NCBI GenBank assembly: GCA_020725625.1
Contig: DYET01000052.1
Coordinates: 20,805-84,804, forward strand
DNA length: 64,000 nucleotides
Source: Desulfovirgula sp.
Lineage (GTDB): Bacteria > Bacillota > Desulfotomaculia > Desulfotomaculales > Desulfocucumaceae
Direction: 5' to 3'
The notes beneath the pieces were generated by a model. The model worked only from the letters and a program-made list of their open reading frames with translations. It was not told the origin of the DNA and made no database searches. Of the stretch, positions 27,703-36,053 are shown piece after piece; positions within the stretch are counted from its first letter, which is position 1; each line of letters starts with the position of its first letter. The position numbers were made by a program, and so were the translations under genes.

Positions 27703-27858
27703 TTGACATGTTGCACCCCCGGCATTATATTTAAACTTGGCAGGCAGATGCGGCGGCACGGCAATATGGGTCTACCTTTTGCGGGTAGGGCGATGGAGTT
27801 CGCCTAACGCTTAAGAGAGCTGATAACTCCTACCTTTTATGGTGGGAGTTTTGTTTTT
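27703..27858 (+). promoter_or_regulatory. Promoter (TTGACA-17-TATATT) and attenuator/riboswitch-like leader with an intrinsic terminator, upstream of the cation:proton antiporter
   Basis: TTGACA 27703-27708; TATATT 27726-27731. Terminator AACUCCUACC-uuuuau-GGUGGGAGUU + UUGUUUUU at 27825-27858. The alternative pairing of 27784-27800 (GGUAGG..GGAGUU) with 27825-27834 is antiterminator-like. CUACC 27772-27776 can sequester GGUAG 27784-27788. Confidence 0.6.
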
Positions 27859-27882
27859 CACAGTGGAGGTGGGTTAGATTAT

Positions 27883-29007
27883 ATGAGCATTTGGCTTGAC
27901 GCGGCCTTCTGGGTCGGGTTGGCCCTGGCGGCGTCTGTAATTTCGGTGCGCCTTGGAATCTCGGTGGCCATGGTGGAAATCATGGTGGGGGTTGTAGGCG
28001 GAAATTTTCTGGGCCTGCACACCACGCCCTGGGTCGATTTTCTGGCCGGCTTCGGCAGCATACTGCTGACCTTCCTGGCTGGCGCAGAGGTGGACCCGAA
28101 GGTGCTCAGGTCCAAATTCAAGGAAAGCGTCTCCATAGGCGCCATGTCGTTCCTCTTTCCCTACCTGGCCTGTTTTGCCTACGCTTATTACGTGGCCGGC
28201 TGGGATTTGCAGGCTTCCCAAATAGCCGGGATTGCTATGTCGACCACCTCGGTGGCCATCGTGTACGCCGTAATGGTGGAAACAGGTCTTAACTCCACAG
28301 AGCTGGGGAAGATCATCCTGGCCGCCTGTTTTATCACCGACCTGGGGACAGTTCTGGCCCTTGGCATCCTATTCGCCCACTTTAATTACTGGCTCTACAT
28401 ATTCATGGCGGTCACGGCGGCAGCCTTCTTCCTGGTACCCAGGGCGGCCGGGTCGCTGGTAAAATCCCTTGGCGGCCGGGTGAGCCAGGTTGAAGTCAAG
28501 TTTGTTTATTTTATCCTCTTCCTGCTTGGGGGACTGGCGATAAAAGCCAACAGCGAAGCCGTGCTTCCCGCCTACCTGCTGGGCCTGTCCCTGGCCACTC
28601 TGCTGGCCGGGGAAAAGGATGTGCTGTACCGGATGAGGACCACCGCCTTTGCCGTGCTGACGCCGTTTTTCTTCCTGAAGGCCGGCCTGCTCATATCCCT
28701 GAAGGCGCTTTGGATGGGTCTTTTGATCATCCTTGTCTTCCTCCTGGTCAAGGTGGCGGCCAAATTCACCGGGGTCCTGCCCCTTACAGTGTTTTTCAGG
28801 TTCGGCAGGAGGAATTCCATGTACACCACCCTGCTGATGTCCACCGGCCTTACCTTCGGCAGCATTTCTGCCATGTTCGGCCTGACCCACAACATCATCA
28901 ACCAGGCCCAGTACTCGGTCCTGGTCACGGCAGTTGTTCTCAGCGGCGTTATCCCGACTCTATTCGCCCAGGCCTTTTTCAGACCGGACGGGGGATCTCA
29001 AAATTGA
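27883..29007 (+). CDS. Cation:proton antiporter (Na+/H+ exchanger family, CPA1/CPA2-type, no RCK domain)
   Basis: 374 aa and highly hydrophobic, with about 11 TMS. GGAGGTGGG RBS. Confidence 0.8.
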   Translation: MSIWLDAAFWVGLALAASVISVRLGISVAMVEIMVGVVGGNFLGLHTTPWVDFLAGFGSILLTFLAGAEVDPKVLRSKFKESVSIGAMSFLFPYLACFAYAYYVAGWDLQASQIAGIAMSTTSVAIVYAVMVETGLNSTELGKIILAACFITDLGTVLALGILFAHFNYWLYIFMAVTAAAFFLVPRAAGSLVKSLGGRVSQVEVKFVYFILFLLGGLAIKANSEAVLPAYLLGLSLATLLAGEKDVLYRMRTTAFAVLTPFFFLKAGLLISLKALWMGLLIILVFLLVKVAAKFTGVLPLTVFFRFGRRNSMYTTLLMSTGLTFGSISAMFGLTHNIINQAQYSVLVTAVVLSGVIPTLFAQAFFRPDGGSQN

Positions 29008-29151
29008 ACGGTTTCTTGGGGATCAGGTCAACTGGAGCCTGCAAATCTGCAATGTGGTCAAAATCACGCATCTTTTTCATTACCGGTCACAGATATTATT
29101 TCAGTTCCGGGCCATAATTAGATTGAGAACAATACAACGGAGGGCTGTTCA

Positions 29152-29535
29152 ATGAAGAGAAAGCGCAAAATCGTGCGCATAGACGAAGACAGATGCACCG
29201 GCTGCGGCCTGTGCGTTTCCCCCTGCGCCGAGGGAGCCATAGAAATAAGGGATGGAAAGGCAAGAGTAATCAGGGACGAGCTCTGTGACGGCGCCGGGTT
29301 CTGCCTTGGTGTCTGCCCCGAGGGAGCCCTGTCCATTGAGGAAAGGGAGGCCGATGAATTTTCCGAAGAGGCGGTGCACAGGCACCTCGGGGCCGGACCA
29401 AGGACCTACATTGCCCAGCAGTGCTTCCGCTGCGGCCGGGACGAGGATGAAATCCCGGTCATCCCCTGCCGGAAGGAAGGGGAGAGCGTGTGGGTGTGCA
29501 CCCGCTGCCTGCCGGCCCTGATTCACGGGGTTTAG
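29152..29535 (+). CDS. 4Fe-4S dicluster ferredoxin-domain protein with a C-terminal CxxC..CxxC tail
   Basis: CTGCGLCVSPC and CDGAGFCLGVCP cluster motifs. The C-terminus has CFRCG ... CTRC. Confidence 0.8.
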   Translation: MKRKRKIVRIDEDRCTGCGLCVSPCAEGAIEIRDGKARVIRDELCDGAGFCLGVCPEGALSIEEREADEFSEEAVHRHLGAGPRTYIAQQCFRCGRDEDEIPVIPCRKEGESVWVCTRCLPALIHGV

Positions 29536-29584
29536 GCCGGGGGAATTGAAAAAAATAGTGGGGGCCCGAAAACTCCCGGACCCG

Positions 29585-29613
29585 AAAAAACTCCCGCTTT
29601 TCCGGGAGTTTTT
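29585..29613. terminator. Bidirectional intrinsic terminator
   Basis: AAAAAACTCCCG-cttttc-CGGGAGTTTTT, with an A-run upstream and a T-run downstream. It lies between convergent genes. Confidence 0.8.
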
Positions 29614-29665
29614 AATTCAGAAGGAAGGTATAAAAGCCTTAATAAAGAAATCCTAAATTAAATCC

Positions 29666-29857
29666 TCAGGGGTTGACGCAGCGGCATCTGATGCAGTTGC
29701 CCTTTGAAGCCTTGAACAGATCCCTGAAAAGCTGGTCAAGTTCGGCATGCTTCAAGCGAATGAGGCCTTCCGGGTTGACCAGGGAGTTGTTCACGAACAT
29801 CCGGATATATACGTGTTCCTTGGTTTCAACCACAATCACCAGCTTGTATTCATTCAA
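29666..29857 (-). CDS. Hypothetical small protein (63 aa, C-terminal CIRCRC)
   Basis: Strong RBS AGGGGGTGAGG 6 nt upstream of the ATG. I recognise no family. Confidence 0.55.
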   Translation of the reverse strand: MNEYKLVIVVETKEHVYIRMFVNNSLVNPEGLIRLKHAELDQLFRDLFKASKGNCIRCRCVNP

Positions 29858-29994
29858 AACCTCACCCCCTTTAATTATACTTCTTAATCTATGATCATAA
29901 TTCCTTTCGGAGGGTGTTAAAAATTTACCGGGTTCGCATTTGAAGCGTTAAAAGGTCCGCCGGAGGGTGATAATACCTTGAAGGGATTCTTTCC

Positions 29995-30720
29995 ATGAAT
30001 ATATACGCCATAAGCGACCTGCACCTTTCTTTCCGGTCGAACCCCGACCCCCCTTTCTGGACTGCCGGGGAATACAAGCCGATGTCCGAGATTGACCCGT
30101 CCTGGTCCGGCCATGCCCGCCGGATATATGAAAACTGGCTTGCCACCGTCCGCCCGGGCGACCTGGTGCTACTGCCCGGTGACATCTCCTGGGCCATGAA
30201 GCTTGATGAGGCCCTGCCGGACATTTGTTACCTCAGCCTGCTTCCCGGGAACATCGTGGCGGTTCAGGGCAATCACGACTATTGGTGGCAGGCCATTTCA
30301 AGGGTAAGGGGAAAAATGCCCCCCAACGTGAGGCTTATTCAGAATGACTGTGTTTTCTTCGGACGGCTGGCAATCTGCGGGTCAAGGGGCTGGCTTTGCC
30401 CCGGCGGGACGTTTTTTGAAGAAAAGGACATGAAAATTTACCAGCGGGAGTTGATCAGGCTGGAGAACTCGCTCAAATCGGCGGCCGGCCGGGCGGACAG
30501 GATAATTGCAATCATGCATTTTATGCCCACCAATGAAAAAAACGAGTACAGCGGGTTTATCGACCTGTTCAAGAAGTACGGGGTCGACACCGTGGTTTAC
30601 GGACACCTCCACGCCCGGGCCTGCCGCTACCGCCTGCCGGACTGCTGCTGGGGCATCAGGTTTCAGCTGGCCAGCGCGGACTACCTGGATTTCACTCCCG
30701 TCCTGGTTGGTTCGGAATGA
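29995..30720 (+). CDS. Metallophosphoesterase (calcineurin-like phosphoesterase)
   Basis: MNIYAISDLHLSF, GDISWA, GNHDYWW and VYGHLH motifs. Confidence 0.85.
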   Translation: MNIYAISDLHLSFRSNPDPPFWTAGEYKPMSEIDPSWSGHARRIYENWLATVRPGDLVLLPGDISWAMKLDEALPDICYLSLLPGNIVAVQGNHDYWWQAISRVRGKMPPNVRLIQNDCVFFGRLAICGSRGWLCPGGTFFEEKDMKIYQRELIRLENSLKSAAGRADRIIAIMHFMPTNEKNEYSGFIDLFKKYGVDTVVYGHLHARACRYRLPDCCWGIRFQLASADYLDFTPVLVGSE

Positions 30721-30850
30721 TAAATTAGGCAAGAAATTTTGTCGCGGCCTGAAGGAGATCGTGCCCGGGCGTCGTAATATTATTAACAATAAAATATTTA
30801 CCACCTAAAATACATCCGCAAAAAGCGGAAATCAAAAAGGAGGTAATTTT

Positions 30851-31174
30851 ATGCCCACCATGAAGGAAGTCGTAGCGGGAATCACTACTACCCTGCAGAA
30901 CAATGCGGCCAAAAACAAGGGAGTAAACGGAGTGTTCCAGTTTGATATCAGCGGAGACGACCCCATGACCTTTTACTTCAAGCTTGACGACGGGGCCCCC
31001 AGTGTGGCAGAGGGCACGGCCGACAACCCCAGCATTACGATTTCCATGGCCGCACCTGATTTCAAGGACATGATCGAGGGCAAGCTGAACGGCACCATGG
31101 CCTTTATGAGCGGGAAACTGAAGCTCAAGGGAGACATGGGCCTGGCCATGAAGCTGGAGAGCCTGCTCAAGTAG
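30851..31174 (+). CDS. SCP-2 sterol-transfer-domain protein
   Basis: 107 aa. The C-terminal GKLNGTMAFMSGKLKLKGDMGLAMKL is the SCP2 signature. AAGGAGG RBS. Confidence 0.85.
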   Translation: MPTMKEVVAGITTTLQNNAAKNKGVNGVFQFDISGDDPMTFYFKLDDGAPSVAEGTADNPSITISMAAPDFKDMIEGKLNGTMAFMSGKLKLKGDMGLAMKLESLLK

Positions 31175-31192
31175 TCGGGACTGCAAAAAGAA

Positions 31193-31231
31193 GAGATGCG
31201 CCCGGAAGGAGACTCCGGGTGCATCTTTTTT
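31193..31231 (+). terminator. Intrinsic terminator after the SCP2 gene
   Basis: AGATGCGCCCGG-9nt-CCGGGTGCATCT (12 bp, one G.U) followed by TTTTTTT. Confidence 0.85.
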
Positions 31232-31395
31232 TCGGGGGTCCCGGCCTGCATGCGCGGCCCGGGCCGGAACCCGGGCACCGGTTGACGTATAACATAAAAT
31301 TTATGCAATGAAGGAATTTTAATTGTAATGGCAAAGTTATTAAAAAAATATATAATTGGAGATATACGGCCAGATTCAAAAGGGAGGGATTTTTG

Positions 31396-31716
31396 GTGGG
31401 TTTCACTTGTGACACTTGTGGAAAAGAGATCCAGACAATTGACGGGATCCTTTCCTGGACCAGGGAAGATCACCGGCTGGGAAATTTCAAGCTTACTCAC
31501 AAGGAATCTCTGGGAACGGGTTGCCAGCCTGCGAACAACAGGTACAGGGAACTTTACACTCTGACCCTGCCCACTGGCTTCATGGAGTTTATTCTATATC
31601 TGCTGGAGCGCTGGGAGGACGGGTTCACACTGACCGACCCCAAATCGCTGAGAAACGTGATGCGCCAGCTGAACCTGCACATCCACGAAAAGCTTCTGCT
31701 TATGGTTGAGGAATGA
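31396..31716 (+). CDS. Hypothetical protein (about 106 aa, N-terminal CxxC), orphan
   Basis: AGGGAGGG RBS 7 nt upstream of GTG 31396 (TTG 31393 is also in frame). Visibly lower GC than the flanking genes. I recognise no family. Confidence 0.55.
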   Translation: MGFTCDTCGKEIQTIDGILSWTREDHRLGNFKLTHKESLGTGCQPANNRYRELYTLTLPTGFMEFILYLLERWEDGFTLTDPKSLRNVMRQLNLHIHEKLLLMVEE

Positions 31717-31777
31717 ATTTATTTCCTGCCAAAAGAATAAATATTTGTACCTTGTTCGGTCAATAATAAACTTCGAA

Positions 31778-32163
31778 GGGTTCGTAATGGCCGAGCCCAG
31801 ACCGTTACAGGGTCAAAAGGGCTCTGTAACGGTCGGCCAAAGGTCAATACCGGGTCAGAAAGGCTCGGTATTGGCCGGCGGGAAGATCGGTGGATGTTCC
31901 AGCAGGCTCTGCAATAGTCTGAAAGATTATTGCAGGGTCACAAGGGATATTCACCGGTCGAGCTAAGACTGTTATGGTTGCCGGAAAAATTCAATTTCTT
32001 TTGAAAATGAGGTCTGCAGCAGTCGGGAGATTGCTGCAGGCTTCCTAGGTAGCCGTAACAGTCGAACAAAGGTCATTATGGGTGTCGTAACGGTCTATAA
32101 CGGCCGAAAGGTCGTTGTGGGCTGTGCAGATATCCGCAGTGGCCGTAGTGCAGGTCATTACGG
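31778..32163 (+). repeat. Array of related stem-loops: five uniform 15-bp hairpins plus 3-4 shorter or degenerate ones; candidate structured ncRNA or 3' UTR
   Basis: 15-bp hairpins at 31800-31834, 31842-31876, 31905-31939, 32010-32043 and 32091-32124. Shorter ones at 31778-31798, 31881-31900, 32053-32081 and 32143-32163. Details are in the findings. Confidence 0.7.
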
Positions 32164-32175
32164 GCTCACATAAAA

Positions 32176-32210
32176 AGAAATCCTCCCTTTGACGGGGAGG
32201 ATTTCTTTTG
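32176..32210. terminator. Strong intrinsic terminator (A-run upstream, so potentially bidirectional) closing the hairpin array
   Basis: AGAAATCCTCCC-tttgacg-GGGAGGATTTCT (12-bp perfect stem) followed by TTTG. Preceded by AAAAA. Confidence 0.85.
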
Positions 32211-32300
32211 TGAAGGCCAAAAAACACTTGATAGATTCCCGCCGATGTTGTAATTTTACTAGAGAAGCAATATCCGCTTCGGCCTGGAGTGTTAAACAAC

Positions 32301-33650
32301 ATGAAAATAACCATTATCGGGGCCGGCAAGGTGGGCATTGAAATTGCCCACAGGCTTTCCGAGGAAGGACACGACGTCATTGTCATCGACCGCGACGATT
32401 CCCAGTTGGCCAAAATCAGCGAGACCCTGGACGTGCTTACCGTCAAGGGGAACGGATCCAGTTCCCAGCTGCTGAAAGACATAGGCGTCAGCGACAGCGA
32501 CCTGCTGGTGGCGGTGACCGACAGTGACGAAATCAACATGATCGCCTGCATGACGGCCAAGAGGGTGGGCGTGGCCAAGACCATAGCCAGAATCAGGGAC
32601 CCGGATTATGTCCGGGATTTAATTATATCCAAGGAAGATCTGGGCATCGACCTGGTGATTAACCCCGATTACGCCGCCTCCCAGGAAATTGCCAGGCTTT
32701 TGACGCTGCGGCTGGCGGTGCACACCGAGCACTTTGCCAACGGCAGGGTGCAGATGGCCGAGTTGGCGGTGGAAGATACCAATACCCAGTTTGCCAACAG
32801 GAAAATCCAGGATATAGAGATACCCAGGTCCTGCCTGATCGTAGGCATATCCCGCAAGGGAGAGATGATCATCCCCGGCGGCAAGGACTGCATCAAGCCG
32901 AACGACACCCTTTACGTGCTGGGCAACGCCGAGTCGATAAACAAGGTCTGCACGAAGTTCAAGAGAAGGCGCCAGCGGGTGCAGAACGTCATGATCATGG
33001 GCGGGGGAAGGGCGGGCTTTTACCTGGCGGAAAAGCTCAGCAGTTCGGGGATCAAGGTCAAGGTAATCGAACAAAACCTGGCCAGGTGCCATGAACTGGC
33101 CAACCGTCTGACTGACGTACTGATTATCAAGGGCGACGGCACCGACGTGGACCTGCTGAAGAGGGAGGGCATCCACGAGACCGACAGCTTTGTAGCGGTT
33201 ACCGGATTTGACGAGGAAAACCTCCTGATGGCGCTCCTGGCCAAGCAACTGGGGGCCAAAAGGGTCATCGCCAAGGTCAGCCGCCCCAGCTACGCCCCCC
33301 TGGTGGAGCGGCTGGGCGTGGACGCCGCGATCAGCCCGCGCCTGATTACGATCAGCGAAATACTGAGGTTCATCAGGGGTGGCAGGCTTCTTTCCCTGGT
33401 ATTGTTACTTAACGAGCAGGCCGAGGTCATAGAGGTGATTGTTCAGCCGGGCAGCCGCATAGTGGGCCGGCCGCTGCGGGCTTCGGGCCTGCCCAAGGGC
33501 GTGATCATCGGCGCCATCAGCAGGGGGGACCAGGTAATTATACCCAAGGGCGACGAGGTCATCCGGGCTTTAGACCGCCTGGTGGTGTTCGCCCTGGGAC
33601 ACGTGGTCCATACTGTGGAGGCGCTTTGCAGCCGGGAGGAAGGCAGTTGA
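32301..33650 (+). CDS. trkA: Trk/Ktr potassium uptake system NAD-binding subunit TrkA (tandem RCK domains)
   Basis: MKITIIGAGKVG and a second IMGGGRAGFYLA Rossmann motif. The track ORF begins 4 codons earlier (GTG 32289). Confidence 0.9.
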   Translation: MKITIIGAGKVGIEIAHRLSEEGHDVIVIDRDDSQLAKISETLDVLTVKGNGSSSQLLKDIGVSDSDLLVAVTDSDEINMIACMTAKRVGVAKTIARIRDPDYVRDLIISKEDLGIDLVINPDYAASQEIARLLTLRLAVHTEHFANGRVQMAELAVEDTNTQFANRKIQDIEIPRSCLIVGISRKGEMIIPGGKDCIKPNDTLYVLGNAESINKVCTKFKRRRQRVQNVMIMGGGRAGFYLAEKLSSSGIKVKVIEQNLARCHELANRLTDVLIIKGDGTDVDLLKREGIHETDSFVAVTGFDEENLLMALLAKQLGAKRVIAKVSRPSYAPLVERLGVDAAISPRLITISEILRFIRGGRLLSLVLLLNEQAEVIEVIVQPGSRIVGRPLRASGLPKGVIIGAISRGDQVIIPKGDEVIRALDRLVVFALGHVVHTVEALCSREEGS

Positions 33651-35089
33651 ACAAAAAACTTATTTTAAAAGCACTGGGACTGGTTCTGCTCTGTGAGGCG
33701 GCGGCCATGGTCCCTTCTCTTTTCCTGGCTCTTTTATACGGGGAAAGTGAGTGGCAGGCCTTTCTTGCCAGCATAATCATAACTGCGCTGGCCGGTGGCC
33801 TGATGGCCCTCAGGGGGAGTGGAGGAGGGAATGTCGGCTACAGGGAGGGCTTTGCCGTCGCTACCTTCGGGTGGATGCTGCTGGCCGCCTTCGGTTCCCT
33901 GCCCTACATCCTGTCAGGCGTCCTGCCCAACCCGGTGGACGCCTACTTTGAAACCATGTCGGGATTCACCACCACCGGGGCCTCGGTCATTACCGACCTG
34001 GAGGTGCTGTCCAGGGGGATTTTATTCTGGCGGAGCCTTACCCACTGGCTGGGAGGAATGGGAATTATCGTACTCACCGTGGCCCTGATCCCCTCCCTCA
34101 AGATTGCCGGCCTCCAGATGTTCAAGGCCGAAGTGCCGGGTCCGACAAAAAGCAAGGTTTTGCCCAGGATAGCCCAGACTTCCCGGGAGCTTTACAAAAT
34201 CTACCTGGTCATCACGGCAGCCGAAATATTGCTGCTCAAGCTGGCCGGGATGAACTGGTTTGACTCTTTCATTCACACCTTCGGGACCGTGGCCACCGGG
34301 GGTTTTTCCAGCAAGAACGCCAGTATTGCGGCCTATAACAGCTTTTTGATCGAACTTATTATCGTCGTTTTCATGATCATCTCGGGAATCAACTTTGCCC
34401 TGCACTATTACAGCCTCCGGGGGAACTTCCGCCCGGCCCTGAAGGACCCCGAGGTGAGGCTCTATGTTGCCATACTGTCTGTTTCCTTTTGCCTGGTTGC
34501 CCTGGACCTGGTAAACAGCGCCGGCTTCAGCGGCGAAAAGGCTGCCAGGGAGGCCCTTTTCCAGGTTACCTCGATAATGACCACCACCGGCTATGCCACC
34601 GCCGATTTCGACCAGTGGCCGTCGATGAGCAGGGCACTGCTTCTGCTTCTGATGTTCGTGGGTGGGTGCGCCGGGTCCACCGGGGGTTCGATTAAGGTGT
34701 CCAGGATTCTGATCATGTTCAAGGGAATATCACGCCAGTTTGTCAAGCTTCTTCATCCCCAGGCAGTTATCCCCGTCCGCATCGGAAGGGAGATTGTGCA
34801 CCAGGAGGTGCTGGACAACGTTCAGACGTTCTTCTTTATGTATATGCTTATCATGGGAGGTGCTGTTCTGTTTGTAACCTCCCTGGGGGTTGACCTGATC
34901 AGCGCCGTGTCGGCGGTGGCGGCCACTCTGGGCAACGTGGGGCCCGGCCTGGGCGCCGTCGGGCCGGCCGCCAACTACGCTTCCCTGCCGCTGGCTGTCA
35001 AGGCACTGCTTTCCCTGTGCATGGTGGTGGGCAGGCTGGAAATCTATACCGTTGTAATTATATTCACCTCCGGGTTCTGGAGAAACTAA
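33647..35089 (+). CDS. trkH: TrkH-family potassium transporter membrane subunit
   Basis: Multiple M1-P-M2 repeats with TTTG, TGGF and TTTGY selectivity-filter-like motifs. TTG 33647 follows GGAGGAAGG and overlaps the trkA stop (TTGA). Confidence 0.88.
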   Translation: MNKKLILKALGLVLLCEAAAMVPSLFLALLYGESEWQAFLASIIITALAGGLMALRGSGGGNVGYREGFAVATFGWMLLAAFGSLPYILSGVLPNPVDAYFETMSGFTTTGASVITDLEVLSRGILFWRSLTHWLGGMGIIVLTVALIPSLKIAGLQMFKAEVPGPTKSKVLPRIAQTSRELYKIYLVITAAEILLLKLAGMNWFDSFIHTFGTVATGGFSSKNASIAAYNSFLIELIIVVFMIISGINFALHYYSLRGNFRPALKDPEVRLYVAILSVSFCLVALDLVNSAGFSGEKAAREALFQVTSIMTTTGYATADFDQWPSMSRALLLLLMFVGGCAGSTGGSIKVSRILIMFKGISRQFVKLLHPQAVIPVRIGREIVHQEVLDNVQTFFFMYMLIMGGAVLFVTSLGVDLISAVSAVAATLGNVGPGLGAVGPAANYASLPLAVKALLSLCMVVGRLEIYTVVIIFTSGFWRN

Positions 35090-35167
35090 CCTATCGCCCG
35101 GCGGTTTGGCACTTTTTTTGTTGTGTTAAAATAATGACGGTAAAGGTTTAAAGGAGATGAAAGGACG

Positions 35168-35893
35168 ATGTCGGGGCACTCCAAGTGGTCAACTATAAAA
35201 AGGAAAAAGGCCAAGGTGGACGCCGCCCGGGGTAGAATATTCACCCAGATAAGCAAGGAAATCATACTGGCGGCCAAGCAGGGGGGCGGCGATCCGGAGA
35301 AGAACCTCAGGCTAAAAAACGCCGTAGCCAAGGCCAAGGAGGCCAACATGCCCAACGACAGCATCCAGAGGTGCATTATGAAGGGAACCGGGGAAATCGG
35401 GGGCGGCAGCTACGAGGAGATTGTCTACGAGGGGTACGGCCCCGGCGGCGTGGCCGTGATGATCGAACTCATGACCGACAACCGCAACCGTACAGCCGGA
35501 GAGATCAGGCACCTGTTTTCTAAAAACGGGGGTAATCTCGGGGAAAGCGGCTGTGTTTCCTGGATGTTTGAGAAAAAGGGACTGATTGTGGTGGACAGGG
35601 AATCCGGGATCGATGAGGACGAAATTTTAATCGCCGCCCTTGATGCCGGGGCCGAGGACGTCAAGGCCGAGGAGGACGCCTTTGAGATCCTGACCGACCC
35701 GGAGAGCTTTGAGGCGGTGAGGGAAGATCTGGTGAAAAAGGGGATTGCCCCGGCCGAGGCCAGGATTTCAATGGTTCCCAAAACCACCGTAAAAATCTCG
35801 GGGACCCAGGCGGAACAGATGACCAGACTTCTGGAGGGCCTTGAGGACCTCGACGAGGTGGAGGAAGTATACACTAATTTCGAATTGGATTAG
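35168..35893 (+). CDS. yebC: YebC/PmpR-family DNA-binding transcriptional regulator
   Basis: [26 protein letters not shown]... is the canonical family start. Confidence 0.93.
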   Translation: MSGHSKWSTIKRKKAKVDAARGRIFTQISKEIILAAKQGGGDPEKNLRLKNAVAKAKEANMPNDSIQRCIMKGTGEIGGGSYEEIVYEGYGPGGVAVMIELMTDNRNRTAGEIRHLFSKNGGNLGESGCVSWMFEKKGLIVVDRESGIDEDEILIAALDAGAEDVKAEEDAFEILTDPESFEAVREDLVKKGIAPAEARISMVPKTTVKISGTQAEQMTRLLEGLEDLDEVEEVYTNFELD

Positions 35894-35940
35894 GAGGGAG
35901 GGGTTCAAAATCCGGCCGGAAGGAATTCATATTGGGATCC

Positions 35941-35965
35941 AAGGGGATTAGTCAATCCCCTTTTT
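35941..35965 (+). terminator. Intrinsic terminator after yebC
   Basis: AAGGGGATT-agtc-AATCCCCTT followed by TTTG. Confidence 0.8.
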
Positions 35966-36053
35966 GATTATTCGCGGAAATGCCGGCGGTCCGTTTAAGG
36001 CGTGCCGGGACTGGAAAAAATATAAAAAAAACAAAAAAGTCGGGGTTGATCCG

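Noticed and set aside
31706-31966. 86-aa plus-strand ORF with a GQKGSV repeat, and the 179-aa minus-strand ORF 32045..32584.
   Set aside because: The first has no RBS, and its repeat simply mirrors the nucleotide-level hairpin repeats. The second runs antisense into trkA and through the terminator.
31800-32170. The hairpin array interpreted as a CRISPR array, integron attC sites, type III toxin-antitoxin repeats, a retron msr/msd, or REP/RAYT elements.
   Set aside because: - There is no constant direct repeat with unique spacers.
- The hairpin ends do not fit RYYYAAC/GTTRRRY, and there are no cassettes between them.
- The repeats are not near-identical tandem units, and no toxin gene follows.
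- No RT gene is present.
- The stems vary while the loops are conserved, the reverse of REPs. The neighbouring small protein has only a C-terminal HIH and no Y1-transposase features.
32040-32300. c-di-AMP (ydaO) riboswitch in front of trkA-trkH.
   Set aside because: I could not find the conserved G-rich and ACGGGG/CCCGA-type cores. A terminator and a separate promoter-like TTGATA-17-TAATTT (32230-32258) lie between the structured region and trkA.
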